Assembly: GCF_000621645.1 (NCBI RefSeq)
Contig: NZ_KK211323.1
Span: 124,947 to 156,946 of the forward strand
Origin: Vibrio cholerae ATCC 14035
GTDB taxonomy: Bacteria; Pseudomonadota; Gammaproteobacteria; Enterobacterales; Vibrionaceae
Reading direction: 5' to 3'
DNA: 32,000 nucleotides
The position numbers and the translations under genes are program-made. Under the pieces are notes generated by a model. That model saw nothing but the letters and a program-made list of their open reading frames with translations. It searched no databases and was not told the DNA's origin. Below are positions 1 through 9,829 of the stretch, piece by piece (position 1 is the first letter of the stretch; each line of letters opens with the position of its first letter).

Positions 1-1041
1 GCGCTAGTGATCTCCACACCTGCGGCGATCACTTCGGGTTTGGCGGCGGCGGCGCGTCGTGGGGCTTTAATTAAAGGTGGTGCGGCATTAGAGCAATTGG
101 GAAAAATCGAGACCATTGCCTTTGATAAGACAGGCACCTTGACCGAAGGTAAACCGCAAGTCACAGACCTTATCCCGCTGCAAGGTTGGGATAGCGCGAC
201 CTTGTTAGCTCGGGCTGCTGCGATTGAGATGGGCTCACATCATCCCTTAGCGACCTCGCTGGTGGCAAAAGCGCAGGCGGAGCAACTGACCATCCCACAA
301 GCGCAAGAGCGTACCGCCTTGGTTGGGCGAGGCATTAGCGGCCAGATTGATGGTGTTCAGTATCGTCTGCTTGCGCCAAATCGGGTCGAAACCAAATTGC
401 CCGACGTGGTGAAACAGCATGTCGAAATGCTTGAAGCTGAAAGTAAAACCGTAGTCGTGATGCTGGCAAGTGACGCGGTGGTTGGTGTGATTGCTTGGCA
501 AGACACGCTGCGCAGTGATGCACGTCAAGCGGTCGCCGCCTTACATCAACTCGGGATTAACGCCTTGATGCTGACGGGAGACAACGAACGCAGCGCGGCC
601 GCAATGAGCCAGCAACTGAATATGGATTTTCGGGCAGGTTTATTGCCGCAAGATAAAGTCGGCTACATTCAGCAGTTGGCGCAACATCAACGTGTCGCCA
701 TGGTGGGCGATGGCATTAACGATGCCCCAGCCATGAAAGAGGCGAGTATTGGTATCGCAATGGGCGGCGGCACCGACGTCGCGCTAGAAACCGCCGATGC
801 AGCACTGACTCACAATCGCTTGATTGAGTTGCCGGGGATGATTGAGCTGTCTCGTGCTACGTTGGCCATCATTCGCCAAAACGTGGTCTTAGCCTTGGGA
901 CTTAAAGCGGTGTTCTTAGTCACCAGTTTACTTGGCATCACCGGATTATGGATGGCGGTATTGGCCGACAGCGGTGCAACCGCACTGGTCACGCTCAATG
1001 CACTGCGTCTGCTTAAATTCCGCTCTTCGACTTCGGAATAA
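1..1041 (+). CDS. zntA: Heavy-metal (Zn/Cd/Pb-type) translocating P1B-type ATPase, C-terminal part; the 5' end lies outside the window
   Basis: Frame 1 is open from base 1 to TAA at 1039-1041. P-type ATPase signatures are present: DKTGTLT (phosphorylation site), MLTGDN, the GDGINDAP hinge, and two hydrophobic C-terminal helices. A terminator follows. Confidence 0.9.
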   Translation, partial: ALVISTPAAITSGLAAAARRGALIKGGAALEQLGKIETIAFDKTGTLTEGKPQVTDLIPLQGWDSATLLARAAAIEMGSHHPLATSLVAKAQAEQLTIPQAQERTALVGRGISGQIDGVQYRLLAPNRVETKLPDVVKQHVEMLEAESKTVVVMLASDAVVGVIAWQDTLRSDARQAVAALHQLGINALMLTGDNERSAAAMSQQLNMDFRAGLLPQDKVGYIQQLAQHQRVAMVGDGINDAPAMKEASIGIAMGGGTDVALETADAALTHNRLIELPGMIELSRATLAIIRQNVVLALGLKAVFLVTSLLGITGLWMAVLADSGATALVTLNALRLLKFRSSTSE

Positions 1042-1050
1042 GGTCGTTTA

Positions 1051-1077
1051 ACTAGGAGGTTCGCCTCCTAGTTTTTC
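1051..1077 (+). terminator. Rho-independent terminator of zntA
   Basis: Hairpin actaggagg (1051-1059) / cctcctagt (1064-1072) with loop ttcg, followed by a T5 run. Confidence 0.8.
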
Positions 1078-1112
1078 CGTATGTGTTTCAAGTCTCAACA
1101 ACTATACCAAAA

Positions 1113-1300
1113 CTACTTGGAGTTGCAGGTAGGCGGCAAGAGAGTGACAAATTTGTCTGGAACAAATTTGCACAGCCATCGGCTGGCCTTTGGTGAGAGC
1201 CAAGGATGGCTCTCATAATCCCCATGAGCATAGATAAACACTGTGATTGGGGTGAGCGAACGTAGCCAACACCGCTGCAGCTTCAAGTAGGAAGGGGATA
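1113..1300. repeat. ERIC / IRU-type intergenic repeat with a 69-bp internal insertion
   Basis: Terminal inverted repeat ctacttggagttgcag (1113-1128) / ctgcagcttcaagtag (1275-1290). The core aatccccatgagcatagataaacactgtgattggggtgagcgaacgtagccaac closely resembles the remembered ERIC consensus (...AATCCCCAGGAGCTTACATAAGTAAGTGACTGGGGTGAGCG...). The left arm ...ggcggcaagagagtga is interrupted at 1148-1216 by a structured insert. Confidence 0.8.
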
Positions 1301-1350
1301 GAGGTATCTCTCTGTAATAGGAATCGACTTGCATTACAGATACATTTGTT

Positions 1351-1445
1351 TGTGATGCAAATCGATTAATTATGAAAGTTTGATGTTTATTGCTGTCTTT
1401 GGTGTGATTGTTATCACTTATTTGCGCGAAGCTATCGGGTAAAGT
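1351..1445 (+). promoter_or_regulatory. udp promoter with tandem CRP sites (CytR/CRP-type architecture)
   Basis: CRP-like site 1 is TGTGAtgcaaaTCGAT at 1351-1366. CRP-like site 2 is TGTGAttgttaTCACT at 1403-1418. Their centres are 52 bp apart. The candidate -10 taaagt (1440-1445) puts site 2 near -41.5. Confidence 0.55.
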
Positions 1446-1501
1446 AACTCCGTACCCTAAATGATAAGTGCGCTGAATAGACGCAATTGAAGGAGCCCCC
1501 T

Positions 1502-2263
1502 ATGACCAAAACCGTATTCCACCTTGGTGTGACTGAAGCAGATTTAAACGGTGCCACACTCGCTATTATTCCGGGCGACCCTGCTCGTGTGCAGAAAATC
1601 GCGGAGCTGATGGATAACCCTGTTTTCCTCGCAAGCCATCGTGAATATACCGTATACCGCGCAGAGCTGGATGGGCAGTCTGTGGTGGTGTGTTCAACCG
1701 GTATCGGTGGACCTTCAACATCGATTGCGGTTGAAGAGTTAGCACAATTAGGCGTGCGTACTTTCTTGCGCGTTGGCACGACTGGTGCGATCCAGCCTCA
1801 TGTGAATGTCGGTGACATGATTGTCACAACCGGTTCTGTGCGTTTGGATGGTGCAAGTCTGCACTTTGCGCCGATGGAATTCCCAGCGGTACCGGATTTT
1901 GATGTGGCGACCGCAATGAAAGCGGCAGCACAAGAAAGCGGTGCAACAGTCCATATGGGTGTGACAGCGTCCTCCGATACCTTCTACCCAGGCCAAGAGC
2001 GTTACGACACTTTCACTGGTCGCGTAGTGCGTCGTTTCCAAGGCTCGATGAAAGAGTGGCAAGACATGGGCGTGCTCAACTTTGAAATGGAATCGGCAAC
2101 TCTGCTGACCATGTGCGCGAGCTCTGGTTTGAAAGCGGGCTGCGTGGCGGGTGTGATCATCAACCGTACTCAAAAAGAGATCCCAGATCACGCGACGTTG
2201 AAAGAAACCGAAGCGCGTTCTATCAAAGTTGTGGTGGAAGCTGCACGTAAGATGCTGAAATAA
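1502..2263 (+). CDS. udp: Uridine phosphorylase
   Basis: ATG at 1502 is preceded by GAAGGAG (1489-1495). The product is 253 aa, the same length as E. coli Udp, with an MTKTVFHLG... N-terminus and PNP/UDP-family motifs ([19 protein letters not shown]). The track start at 1487 is a TTG inside the SD. Confidence 0.95.
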   Translation: MTKTVFHLGVTEADLNGATLAIIPGDPARVQKIAELMDNPVFLASHREYTVYRAELDGQSVVVCSTGIGGPSTSIAVEELAQLGVRTFLRVGTTGAIQPHVNVGDMIVTTGSVRLDGASLHFAPMEFPAVPDFDVATAMKAAAQESGATVHMGVTASSDTFYPGQERYDTFTGRVVRRFQGSMKEWQDMGVLNFEMESATLLTMCASSGLKAGCVAGVIINRTQKEIPDHATLKETEARSIKVVVEAARKMLK

Positions 2264-2291
2264 GAGGCATATCTTCTTCACTGAATTAAAA

Positions 2292-2312
2292 AGCGCCACT
2301 TGATGTGGCGCT
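2292..2312. terminator. Bidirectional terminator between convergent udp and the 2336-3151 gene
   Basis: Hairpin agcgccac (2292-2299) / gtggcgct (2305-2312). An A5 run lies upstream and a T-rich run downstream, giving a U-tail on either strand. Confidence 0.7.
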
Positions 2313-2335
2313 TTCTATTTCCTTTACCTACCCGT

Positions 2336-3151
2336 TTACGCCACAACAAGCTGTGGTAACGGGTGATAGAGGCTTTCCACCAAATCATTGAGCATATGGT
2401 CGTATACCTGCGCAATGGTGGCCGAAAGTTCAGTGCTTAACTGATAGAGTTTATGGCTCTCTGGCATTAAGTCACTGCTGTCGGTGATTTCGTTCAATTG
2501 GCGCATCGCGGATGAGCAGACTGGTGATCCCAGCGTTAAAGGGCTGATCAGCGCTAACTGATTGAGCTTACGTTGCATCAGCTCACAATAGTGGCGAATA
2601 CGTAAGTTATTGTTTTCATTTCGAGAGTCATCAATGCACAAGCGCAATTGGGTGAGTGTTTCCATCGCATCAAAAATTTGTTGCCAGTTCATGTGGTACT
2701 CATCACTCAATTCTTCTCGTCCTGATTCCGCAAGCCAAGCGAGCACCACATCATCCATCAAGTACATGCAGTGGCGGATCAATTTGCCATGCAGGCGTTG
2801 ATTTTTTCCCACATTGGCTTGCTCCCATTCGTTTAACACCGTTTTCAACGAGTTTTGCAAAATTCGATAGGAGGGTTTGTTGTCAAAGTGGGCGATCTGG
2901 ATCAGTTGCTCCGACTTTTCTAACAAACGCTTTTGTAGCTTGGAAAGATCGTGCTCAGTTTGCGAATGCGTCTCTTGTTGGCTGAGTGTTTGATGAGTGA
3001 GACTACGGTGCTGGCGGCACAGCGCCAACACTTCGCGCAAACAGATCAGCAGTTCAAATTTACGCTGTTGTGTTGAATGTTTCCGCTGAGAGAGCGTATA
3101 GATCAAGCCAAGAATTGCTAAAGACAGAACCAGAGAAATTGTCACAAACAT
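2336..3151 (-). CDS. Uncharacterised protein with an N-terminal membrane anchor and a predicted helical soluble domain
   Basis: ATG at 3151 lies 4 nt downstream of a strong GGAGGTGG SD (3155-3162). The N-terminus MFVTISLVLSLAILGLIYTL is a single TM helix. The remainder is Leu/Gln/His-rich and I recognise no catalytic motif. The track ORF extends 26 codons further upstream without an SD. Confidence 0.7.
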   Translation of the reverse strand: MFVTISLVLSLAILGLIYTLSQRKHSTQQRKFELLICLREVLALCRQHRSLTHQTLSQQETHSQTEHDLSKLQKRLLEKSEQLIQIAHFDNKPSYRILQNSLKTVLNEWEQANVGKNQRLHGKLIRHCMYLMDDVVLAWLAESGREELSDEYHMNWQQIFDAMETLTQLRLCIDDSRNENNNLRIRHYCELMQRKLNQLALISPLTLGSPVCSSAMRQLNEITDSSDLMPESHKLYQLSTELSATIAQVYDHMLNDLVESLYHPLPQLVVA

Positions 3152-3390
3152 AGCCACCTCCGTGTTGGTGTTGGACCATCCCATTCCTATGTGGAAGGGT
3201 ACAGAGTGGTATTGCAGTTTGAATGCCAAAAAATTAATGATTAAAAATCAATAAGTTATTGTTTTTGGTTGATTGGGTATGCACATTTATGGGGCATAAT
3301 GCGCAAAAAATGTGAGCTAGACCGTGTAATGGCCAAGAGAGTCATGCTGGATAAGAAGAGAAAATGTTTGGCTTGAGAAAGCGGGTGATG

Positions 3391-3422
3391 ACAAAAAAGC
3401 CTTTGCAGATGCAAAGGCTTTT
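3391..3422 (-). terminator. Rho-independent terminator of metG
   Basis: 12-bp stem aaaagcctttgc (3395-3406) / gcaaaggctttt (3411-3422). On the - strand it is followed by a T-run. Confidence 0.75.
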
Positions 3423-3454
3423 CAGGTGTTGGCTTGCTAATCAAGACGCAATAA

Positions 3455-5506
3455 TTACATCACACGCATACCCGCTTGAGCGCCTTGATGGGGTTCAAGT
3501 AACCACAGGTCGCTACCGCCAGGGCCTGCGGCGAGGATCATGCCTTCAGACATACCAAACTTCATCTTACGCGGTTTGAGGTTTGCTACGACGACAGTGT
3601 ATTTACCAATCAGATCTTCTGGTTGGTACGCAGACTTAATACCAGAGAAGACTTGACGGGTTTCACCGCCGATGTCCAGTTCAAACTTGAGCAGCTTGTC
3701 CGATTTCTCGACCGCTTCACAAGAAAGAATCTTAGCAATCCGCAGATCCACTTTCGCAAAATCATCAAACTCAATCTCCGCCGCTAGGGGATCTTTGCTC
3801 AGCTCGGTTTCTGCGCTCTTTGGTTTTGCGGCATCTGCTGCGGCTTTTTCGGCTGCCGCCTCGGCTTTCGACGCCTCAATCATAGCTTCAACCTGTTTCG
3901 GATCGATACGGTTGAACAGTGCTTTGAATGGCGTTACCGCATGATCCGTTAGCGGAGTTGCCACGCCTTCCCAAGTCAATTCTTGGTTAAGGAAAGCTTC
4001 AGTACGCTCTGCCAACGCAGGCATCACTGGCTTGAGGTAAGTCATCAGTATGCGGAATAGGTTAATGCCTACCGTACAGATGTCTTGCAGTGCTTGGTCT
4101 TGGCCTTCTTGTTTCGCGACAACCCAAGGGGCTTTTTCATCCACATACTGGTTGGCTTTATCTGCCAATGCAGTAATTTCACGGATGGCACGACCAAACT
4201 CACGTGCTTCAAACAGCTCAGCAATACGATCGGCTGCGCCAGCAAATTCAGCGTACAGCTCAGGCTCCGCAAAGTGTGCAGACAGCTTGCCATCAAAACG
4301 TTTAGTGATGAAACCTGCATTACGTGACGCAAGGTTTACGATCTTGTTCACCACATCCGCATTCACACGTTGGGTGAAGTCTTCGAGGTTCAAATCGAGA
4401 TCATCAATGCGGTTATTCAGTTTTGCCGCGTAGTAGTAACGCAGACACTCTGGATCCAAGTGATTCAGGTAAGTGCTGGCTTTCACAAACGTACCTTTCG
4501 ACTTAGACATTTTCGCGCCATTGACGGTCACATAACCATGCACAAACACGTTGGTCGGTTTACGGAAACCAGAGCCATCGAGCATGGCAGGCCAGAACAA
4601 GCTGTGGAAATAAACGATGTCTTTACCGATGAAATGGTAAAGCTCGGTTTTGCTGTCTTTATTCCAGTATTCGTTAAAGTTCAAATCGCCACGCTTGTCG
4701 CACAGGTTTTTGAATGAACCCATGTAACCAATCGGAGCATCTAGCCATACGTAGAAGAATTTGTCTTTCTCGCCCGGGATTTCAAAACCAAAGTAAGGTG
4801 CATCGCGGGAAATATCCCACTGCTGCAAGCCGCCTTCAAACCACTCTTGCATTTTGTTGGCGGTTTCTGATTGCAGAGAGCCTGAACGTGTCCACTCTTT
4901 GAGCATGCTTTCAAACTGAGGCAGGTCAAAGAAAAAGTGCTCAGAATCTTTCATCACTGGCGTCGCACCAGAGACGGCGGATTTTGGATTGATCAGCTCA
5001 GTCGGGCTGTAAGTCTCACCACACGCGTCACAGTTGTCGCCGTACTGGTCTTCCGATTTACATTTCGGGCAAGTGCCTTTTACGAAACGATCCGGCAAGA
5101 ACATCTCTTTTTCAGGATCGAACAGCTGAGAAATGGTGCGGCTTGAAATAAAGCCGTTCTTTTTCAGTTGCAGATAGATGTGCGAAGCCAGCTCGCGGTT
5201 TTCATCGCTGTGCGTGCTGTGGTAGTTATCAAAGCTAATATCGAAGCCAGCAAAGTCGCGTTGGTGCTCTTCGCTCACCATCTCGATCATCGCTTCTGGT
5301 GTCATACCCATTTGCTGTGCTTTCAGCATGATAGGTGTGCCGTGCGCATCATCCGCACAGATGAAGTTTACTGTATTGCCACGCAGACGCTGATAACGAA
5401 CCCAAATGTCAGCTTGGATATGCTCAAGCATATGACCAAGGTGGATTGAACCGTTCGCGTAAGGCAGGGCACAAGTTACCAGAAGTTTTCTTGGATCGTT
5501 TGCCAT
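3455..5506 (-). CDS. metG: Methionine--tRNA ligase
   Basis: Start [25 protein letters not shown] carries the class I HIGH motif. KMSKS is present, as are Zn-knuckle cysteines (CPKC...CDAC) and the C-terminal EMAP/Trbp111-like tRNA-binding domain. The track ORF is over-extended by 48 codons into the divergent promoter region. Confidence 0.95.
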   Translation of the reverse strand: MANDPRKLLVTCALPYANGSIHLGHMLEHIQADIWVRYQRLRGNTVNFICADDAHGTPIMLKAQQMGMTPEAMIEMVSEEHQRDFAGFDISFDNYHSTHSDENRELASHIYLQLKKNGFISSRTISQLFDPEKEMFLPDRFVKGTCPKCKSEDQYGDNCDACGETYSPTELINPKSAVSGATPVMKDSEHFFFDLPQFESMLKEWTRSGSLQSETANKMQEWFEGGLQQWDISRDAPYFGFEIPGEKDKFFYVWLDAPIGYMGSFKNLCDKRGDLNFNEYWNKDSKTELYHFIGKDIVYFHSLFWPAMLDGSGFRKPTNVFVHGYVTVNGAKMSKSKGTFVKASTYLNHLDPECLRYYYAAKLNNRIDDLDLNLEDFTQRVNADVVNKIVNLASRNAGFITKRFDGKLSAHFAEPELYAEFAGAADRIAELFEAREFGRAIREITALADKANQYVDEKAPWVVAKQEGQDQALQDICTVGINLFRILMTYLKPVMPALAERTEAFLNQELTWEGVATPLTDHAVTPFKALFNRIDPKQVEAMIEASKAEAAAEKAAADAAKPKSAETELSKDPLAAEIEFDDFAKVDLRIAKILSCEAVEKSDKLLKFELDIGGETRQVFSGIKSAYQPEDLIGKYTVVVANLKPRKMKFGMSEGMILAAGPGGSDLWLLEPHQGAQAGMRVM

Positions 5507-5663
5507 ACTTAATATTCGCTTTTCTTGATAGGGACCAAATTGAAGCGATAATACTACCCTAAGCACGCAGTCACGCCAAGGCGCGCAACAGTTGATTCCC
5601 CTATCTTTTTCGGGGTTCAGTTGCTCTTTGAGCGGTGGTAGCATGGGCAAAAAAGGGGAAGTT

Positions 5664-6740
5664 ATGCAATCTATTCAATCCAAACAGGATCTCTGCCGCT
5701 GGCTGAGCCAATTTTCGCATCCCGATTTAATCAGTGATTGGGCGATGTCGCCTTCTATCGTCACCATCACGCCCAACCAGCAAGTCAATGTGCAATTGCC
5801 TTTTGCTGCCCATTCACTGCTGACTGAATTAAGTGATTGGATTGCCAAACAGCAAGCCAGTGGAGCCGTTGCGCCAGTAACCTTTGACATTCAAGTAAAA
5901 CCTCAAGCGCTGGAAACTCGCGTAAATGCGGCAGTCAAAGGGGTGAAAAACATTATTGCGGTGACGTCAGGCAAAGGTGGCGTGGGTAAATCCACGACGG
6001 CGGTGAATCTTGCACTCGCGATTGCGAAGTCAGGAGGCAAAGTCGGTCTATTGGATGCCGATATTTACGGCCCCTCAGTACCGCTGATGCTCGGTAAAAC
6101 CAAAGCAAAACCTGAAGTGCGTGACAATAAATGGATGCAGCCAATTGAGGCGCACGGCATTGCCACGCATTCGATTGGTTATTTGGTGGATGAGGCGGAT
6201 GCGGCGATTTGGCGTGGACCAATGGCTTCTAAGGCGCTGGCACAGTTACTCAATGAAACCGAGTGGCCGGATTTGGATTATCTGGTGATCGATATGCCGC
6301 CGGGCACCGGAGATATTCAGCTCACCCTCGCGCAGCAAATTCCGGTGACCGGCGCAGTGATTGTGACCACACCGCAAGATTTAGCCTTAGCCGATGCTCG
6401 CAAAGGCGCGGCGATGTTTGCCAAAGTGGACGTGCCTGTGATTGGGTTGGTGGAAAACATGAGTTACCACATCTGTAGTCATTGCGGCGAAAAAGAGCAT
6501 ATTTTTGGGGTGGGCGGAGCGCAAACTCTTGCCGCCGAATTTGGCTTATCCCTGCTGGCACAAATTCCGCTGCATATTGACATGCGAGAGGATATTGATG
6601 CGGGAGTTCCGACTGTGGTGGCGCGTCCCAATAGCGAGCATACCGAACGCTATTTAGCGTTGGCGCAGCGTGTGTGTGCTTCGCTGTTCTGGCAAGGCAA
6701 AGCCAAACCAGAGAGCATTCAAATCCAGTGGGTTAATTAA
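5664..6740 (+). CDS. apbC: Fe-S cluster carrier ATPase Mrp/ApbC (ParA/MinD-like)
   Basis: ATG at 5664 follows AGGGGAA. It has the deviant Walker [10 protein letters not shown], the CxxC motif (CSHCGE), and an N-terminal DUF59-like segment. It is divergent from metG, as in E. coli. Confidence 0.9.
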   Translation: MQSIQSKQDLCRWLSQFSHPDLISDWAMSPSIVTITPNQQVNVQLPFAAHSLLTELSDWIAKQQASGAVAPVTFDIQVKPQALETRVNAAVKGVKNIIAVTSGKGGVGKSTTAVNLALAIAKSGGKVGLLDADIYGPSVPLMLGKTKAKPEVRDNKWMQPIEAHGIATHSIGYLVDEADAAIWRGPMASKALAQLLNETEWPDLDYLVIDMPPGTGDIQLTLAQQIPVTGAVIVTTPQDLALADARKGAAMFAKVDVPVIGLVENMSYHICSHCGEKEHIFGVGGAQTLAAEFGLSLLAQIPLHIDMREDIDAGVPTVVARPNSEHTERYLALAQRVCASLFWQGKAKPESIQIQWVN

Positions 6741-6907
6741 ATTCTCTAACAGCCAGAGTGAATGTAATCGTTTGCTCTGGTTTAATCTTATCCATCCGAC
6801 ATTTATGTGGCTGTTTTTGCCTAATGCAAACTGGTATCTCGGTCACATTCTCCCTATAATCAGGCGGTTTACCTTCATTCCTCACAACCATGTTCGGGTG
6901 CATAACC

Positions 6908-7549
6908 ATGTCTGAGAATAATCAATGTGTCATCGTCGGTATTGCTGGCGCTTCTGCTTCTGGTAAGAGTCTCATTGCGAGCACGATTTATAATGAGCTA
7001 CGCGCCAAAGTGGGTGACCATCAAATCGGTGTGATTACGGAAGATTGCTACTACAAAGATCAGAGCCATCTGAGCATGGAAGAACGTGTTAAAACCAACT
7101 ACGACCACCCAAGTGCGCTAGACCACGATCTCCTTTGCCAACATTTGCAAATGTTGGCGCGTGGCGAAGCGGTTGAAGTGCCAGAATACAGCTACACTGA
7201 GCACACACGTACCGAGCAAACCACCACCATGACGCCGAAGAAAGTGATCATTCTGGAAGGCATCCTGCTTCTGACTGATCCACGTCTTCGTGATTTGATG
7301 CACGCGACCGTATTTATGGATACGCCGCTGGATATCTGCTTGCTGCGTCGTGTGAAGCGTGATGTACAAGAGCGTGGTCGCACCATGGAATCTGTACTGA
7401 AGCAGTACCAAGAGACGGTACGCCCTATGTTTATGCAATTTATTGAGCCGTCTAAACAGTACGCTGACATCATTGTGCCGCGTGGTGGTAAAAACCGTAT
7501 CGCGATTGATGTTCTCAAAGCGCATATCGCAAAATTGCTCAAATCGTAA
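6908..7549 (+). CDS. udk: Uridine/cytidine kinase
   Basis: [21 protein letters not shown] contains the P-loop, and similarity to E. coli Udk runs the full length (213 aa). A perfect TATAAT lies at 6855-6860 upstream. Confidence 0.95.
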   Translation: MSENNQCVIVGIAGASASGKSLIASTIYNELRAKVGDHQIGVITEDCYYKDQSHLSMEERVKTNYDHPSALDHDLLCQHLQMLARGEAVEVPEYSYTEHTRTEQTTTMTPKKVIILEGILLLTDPRLRDLMHATVFMDTPLDICLLRRVKRDVQERGRTMESVLKQYQETVRPMFMQFIEPSKQYADIIVPRGGKNRIAIDVLKAHIAKLLKS

Positions 7550-7594
7550 TTTTGACCAGAGCTTTGCATCGCTTAGCTTTATTTTTCAAAGTAG

Positions 7595-7626
7595 AAGTGG
7601 CACTTTAAGTGCCACTTTCTTTTTCT
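7595..7626 (+). terminator. Rho-independent terminator of udk
   Basis: Hairpin aagtggcac / gtgccactt (about 7596-7618) followed by tctttttct. Confidence 0.7.
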
Positions 7627-7646
7627 CGTCAAGCAAGGAAAAGCAG

Positions 7647-9758
7647 ATGAAAAAACTGTTTATTTCTCTTCTCGGTTTAGTTGTGCTGATTGTTGGCGCA
7701 CTGCTGGCCTTAGTGTTGTTGGTTAACCCCAACCAATTTAAACCTTTAATCGTAGAGCAAGCCAAAAAACAAACTGGCTTAGATTTGGTGATTGAAGGCG
7801 ATATTGGCTGGCAATTTTTCCCATCTATCGGTTTTGAGTTAGGCAAAACCGAGCTGAAAAACCCGCAAGGTTTTGCTAGCCCAAACCTGTTTAAAGTTGA
7901 GAGTGTGGGTATTGATGTCTCAGTGATGCCACTGCTCGATAAACAGCTCAAAATCGGCAACATCCGTTTGGATGGCGCAGAGTTCCATCTGGAAACGCTT
8001 AAAGATGGTCGCTCCAATTTGGATGCCTTGACGCAAGCGCAATCTAAACCCGCGTCCGCGCCAGCGACAACCGACTCTGCACCCGCTTCTCAGCCAAGCT
8101 CAAGCGAGCCAGCCGCGGCGTGGAGTATTGAATTAGGGGGCGTGTCTGTCTCCAATGCGGTGTTGGAAATAACGGATAAAAAAGCGGGTTCGCATACCAA
8201 GCTGTATGACGTTCAACTGAGCGTTGCTGAGTTTGTGCCAGACAGCTGGACGAAAGCGACCTTTGCCGCGAAAGGCGATAAAGATCAGCAAAAGTTTGCC
8301 GCGCAAGGTGAAGCGGAAGTGCGCCTATCGGCGGATTTCAAGCAGTATGCGCTGCGTGACATTAAGCTTGATGCGAGCTTTAGTGATCCGAGTAACCAAA
8401 TCGATTCAGTCAAACTGAAACTCGACACCTTTGAGTTTGATAAAGCCAATGCGCTGACCTTCTCTGTGGCGGGTAAAGCGGCAGACATGAAGCTTAATGC
8501 GCAAGGTTCTGCCTCATTGATGGTCAATCAAGCGATGAGCAAAGTGGGTTTGGATGCGCTGAAACTGCAAGCCGAACTGGAAGGGGCTGCGTTACCGCAA
8601 TCACCGATGAAGTTAAGTTTAGACTCTCAAATTGCTTTCGATTTGACACAAAACCATCTCAGTGTGCTGCTCAACAAACTAACGGCTAATGCGCTAAGTT
8701 TCGATGGCAAAGCGGATGTCACTCTCGCAGATATTCCGAAAGTGCGTTTCAACTTGCACAGCCCTGAGATTGACTTGGATGCCTTCTTAGGCACGAAAGC
8801 TCAAGAGTCGCAACCTGCGCCAGCCAAGGAAGCAGCGGCATCCTCAGCGTCAGCACCCGTGACAAATGCCCCAGCAGAAGTGGAACCGGACTTGTCGGCA
8901 CTCAACGCCTTGGATGTGGCCGGTGAGATCAGCATTGATAAATTCAAAGCCAGCAACGCCCATCTGCAAAATGTAAAAGCGAATTTTGCGGTCAATCGTG
9001 GCGTGGTGGATTTGAAATCCTTCACCGCGAATCTGTATCAAGGATCCGTGCAAGCTAGCGCGCAAGTGGATGCGCGTAAAACGCCCGCGACTTACAGTGT
9101 GAAGAAGCAGATCAAAGGGGTACAGGTTAAGCCTTTACTAAAAGATGTGCTGAACAACGAAATGCTAGAAGGGACAGGCAATATTGATATGAATGTGCAA
9201 GGCCAGAGCCTAACACCAAGCGGCATCCAGAAAAATCTGGTTGGTACTGTGGCGATTAACTTTGCCGATGGTGCGGTGAAGGGCATTAACGTGGCGCACT
9301 TGATTCGTACCCACTACGCCAAGATCAAAGGCCAAAATGTTGAAGAAGCGGATGCGGTAAAGAAAACCGACTTTAGTGCGATGACGACGACGCTGAAACT
9401 CAATAAAGGTGAAGTAACGACCAACGATCTTAATATGCAATCGCCATTGCTGCGCATTCATGGTGAAGGTAAAGCCAATTACCTACAGCAGAATGTCGAT
9501 TTTCTGGTGCGTACTTCGATTGTTGGAACCTTGGAAGGTCAGGGCGGTAAGAGTTTAGATGAGCTGCGCGATGTGACTATCCCGATCAATATTTCAGGTG
9601 CGTGGAGCGATCCGAAGTTCCGTTTGGTGTTTGATGATGTACTCAAACAAAAAGCCAAGAAAGAAGTGGATCGCGGCGTGGAAAAACTGACCGATAAAAT
9701 CAAAGATGAAGACACCAAAAAAGCGGTGGATGGGTTGCTAAAAGGTCTATTTAACTGA
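7647..9758 (+). CDS. asmA: AsmA-family outer-membrane assembly / lipid-transport protein
   Basis: ATG at 7647 follows AAGGAAAAG. The N-terminal signal-anchor is MKKLFISLLGLVVLIVGALLALVLLV. The body is long, beta-rich and repetitive, with a low-complexity Ala/Pro/Ser linker and a conserved AsmA C-terminal region. It neighbours udk, as in E. coli. The track ORF start at 7443 overlaps udk and is rejected. Confidence 0.85.
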   Translation: MKKLFISLLGLVVLIVGALLALVLLVNPNQFKPLIVEQAKKQTGLDLVIEGDIGWQFFPSIGFELGKTELKNPQGFASPNLFKVESVGIDVSVMPLLDKQLKIGNIRLDGAEFHLETLKDGRSNLDALTQAQSKPASAPATTDSAPASQPSSSEPAAAWSIELGGVSVSNAVLEITDKKAGSHTKLYDVQLSVAEFVPDSWTKATFAAKGDKDQQKFAAQGEAEVRLSADFKQYALRDIKLDASFSDPSNQIDSVKLKLDTFEFDKANALTFSVAGKAADMKLNAQGSASLMVNQAMSKVGLDALKLQAELEGAALPQSPMKLSLDSQIAFDLTQNHLSVLLNKLTANALSFDGKADVTLADIPKVRFNLHSPEIDLDAFLGTKAQESQPAPAKEAAASSASAPVTNAPAEVEPDLSALNALDVAGEISIDKFKASNAHLQNVKANFAVNRGVVDLKSFTANLYQGSVQASAQVDARKTPATYSVKKQIKGVQVKPLLKDVLNNEMLEGTGNIDMNVQGQSLTPSGIQKNLVGTVAINFADGAVKGINVAHLIRTHYAKIKGQNVEEADAVKKTDFSAMTTTLKLNKGEVTTNDLNMQSPLLRIHGEGKANYLQQNVDFLVRTSIVGTLEGQGGKSLDELRDVTIPINISGAWSDPKFRLVFDDVLKQKAKKEVDRGVEKLTDKIKDEDTKKAVDGLLKGLFN

Positions 9759-9785
9759 TGGTTATGCATCGCTAATGAAACTAAA

Positions 9786-9806
9786 AAGGGCTGAATATCA
9801 GCCCTT
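9786..9806. terminator. Bidirectional terminator between convergent asmA and cobO
   Basis: Hairpin aagggctga (9786-9794) / tcagccctt (9798-9806), with an A5 run before it and T-rich sequence after. Confidence 0.65.
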
Positions 9807-9829
9807 TCTTATTGATTTTTTTAAGTGTT

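Noticed and set aside
1113-1334. 73-aa ORF on the - strand in the zntA-udp spacer
   Set aside because: It lies entirely within the ERIC-type repeat and its insertion. It has no SD, and the protein is low-complexity and Cys/Trp-rich. It is an artefact of the palindromic repeat.
1748-2299. 183-aa ORF antisense to udp
   Set aside because: It is a shadow ORF on the opposite strand of a clearly recognisable conserved gene, with an Arg/His/Cys-rich composition typical of antisense frames. The same reasoning applies to 18073-18621 (antisense to fadJ), 4370-4717 and 4050-4433 (antisense to metG), 25886-26236 (antisense to ybaB), 14303-14692 and 15282-15572 (antisense to the anti-sigma and sigma genes), and 31085-31393 (antisense to decR).
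5507-5650. 48-codon extension of metG, and 24-codon extension of mrp/apbC (5592-5663)
   Set aside because: Both extensions occupy the shared divergent promoter region. Conserved N-termini and SDs support 5506 (metG) and 5664 (apbC).
6753-6786. Possible mrp terminator ccagag...ctctgg
   Set aside because: It has only a 6-bp stem with a 16-nt loop and a short T3 tail, too weak to call.
7443-7646. N-terminal 68-codon extension of the asmA track ORF overlapping the udk 3' end
   Set aside because: The extension runs through the udk coding end and the udk terminator hairpin. The ATG at 7647 has an SD and starts a canonical signal-anchor.
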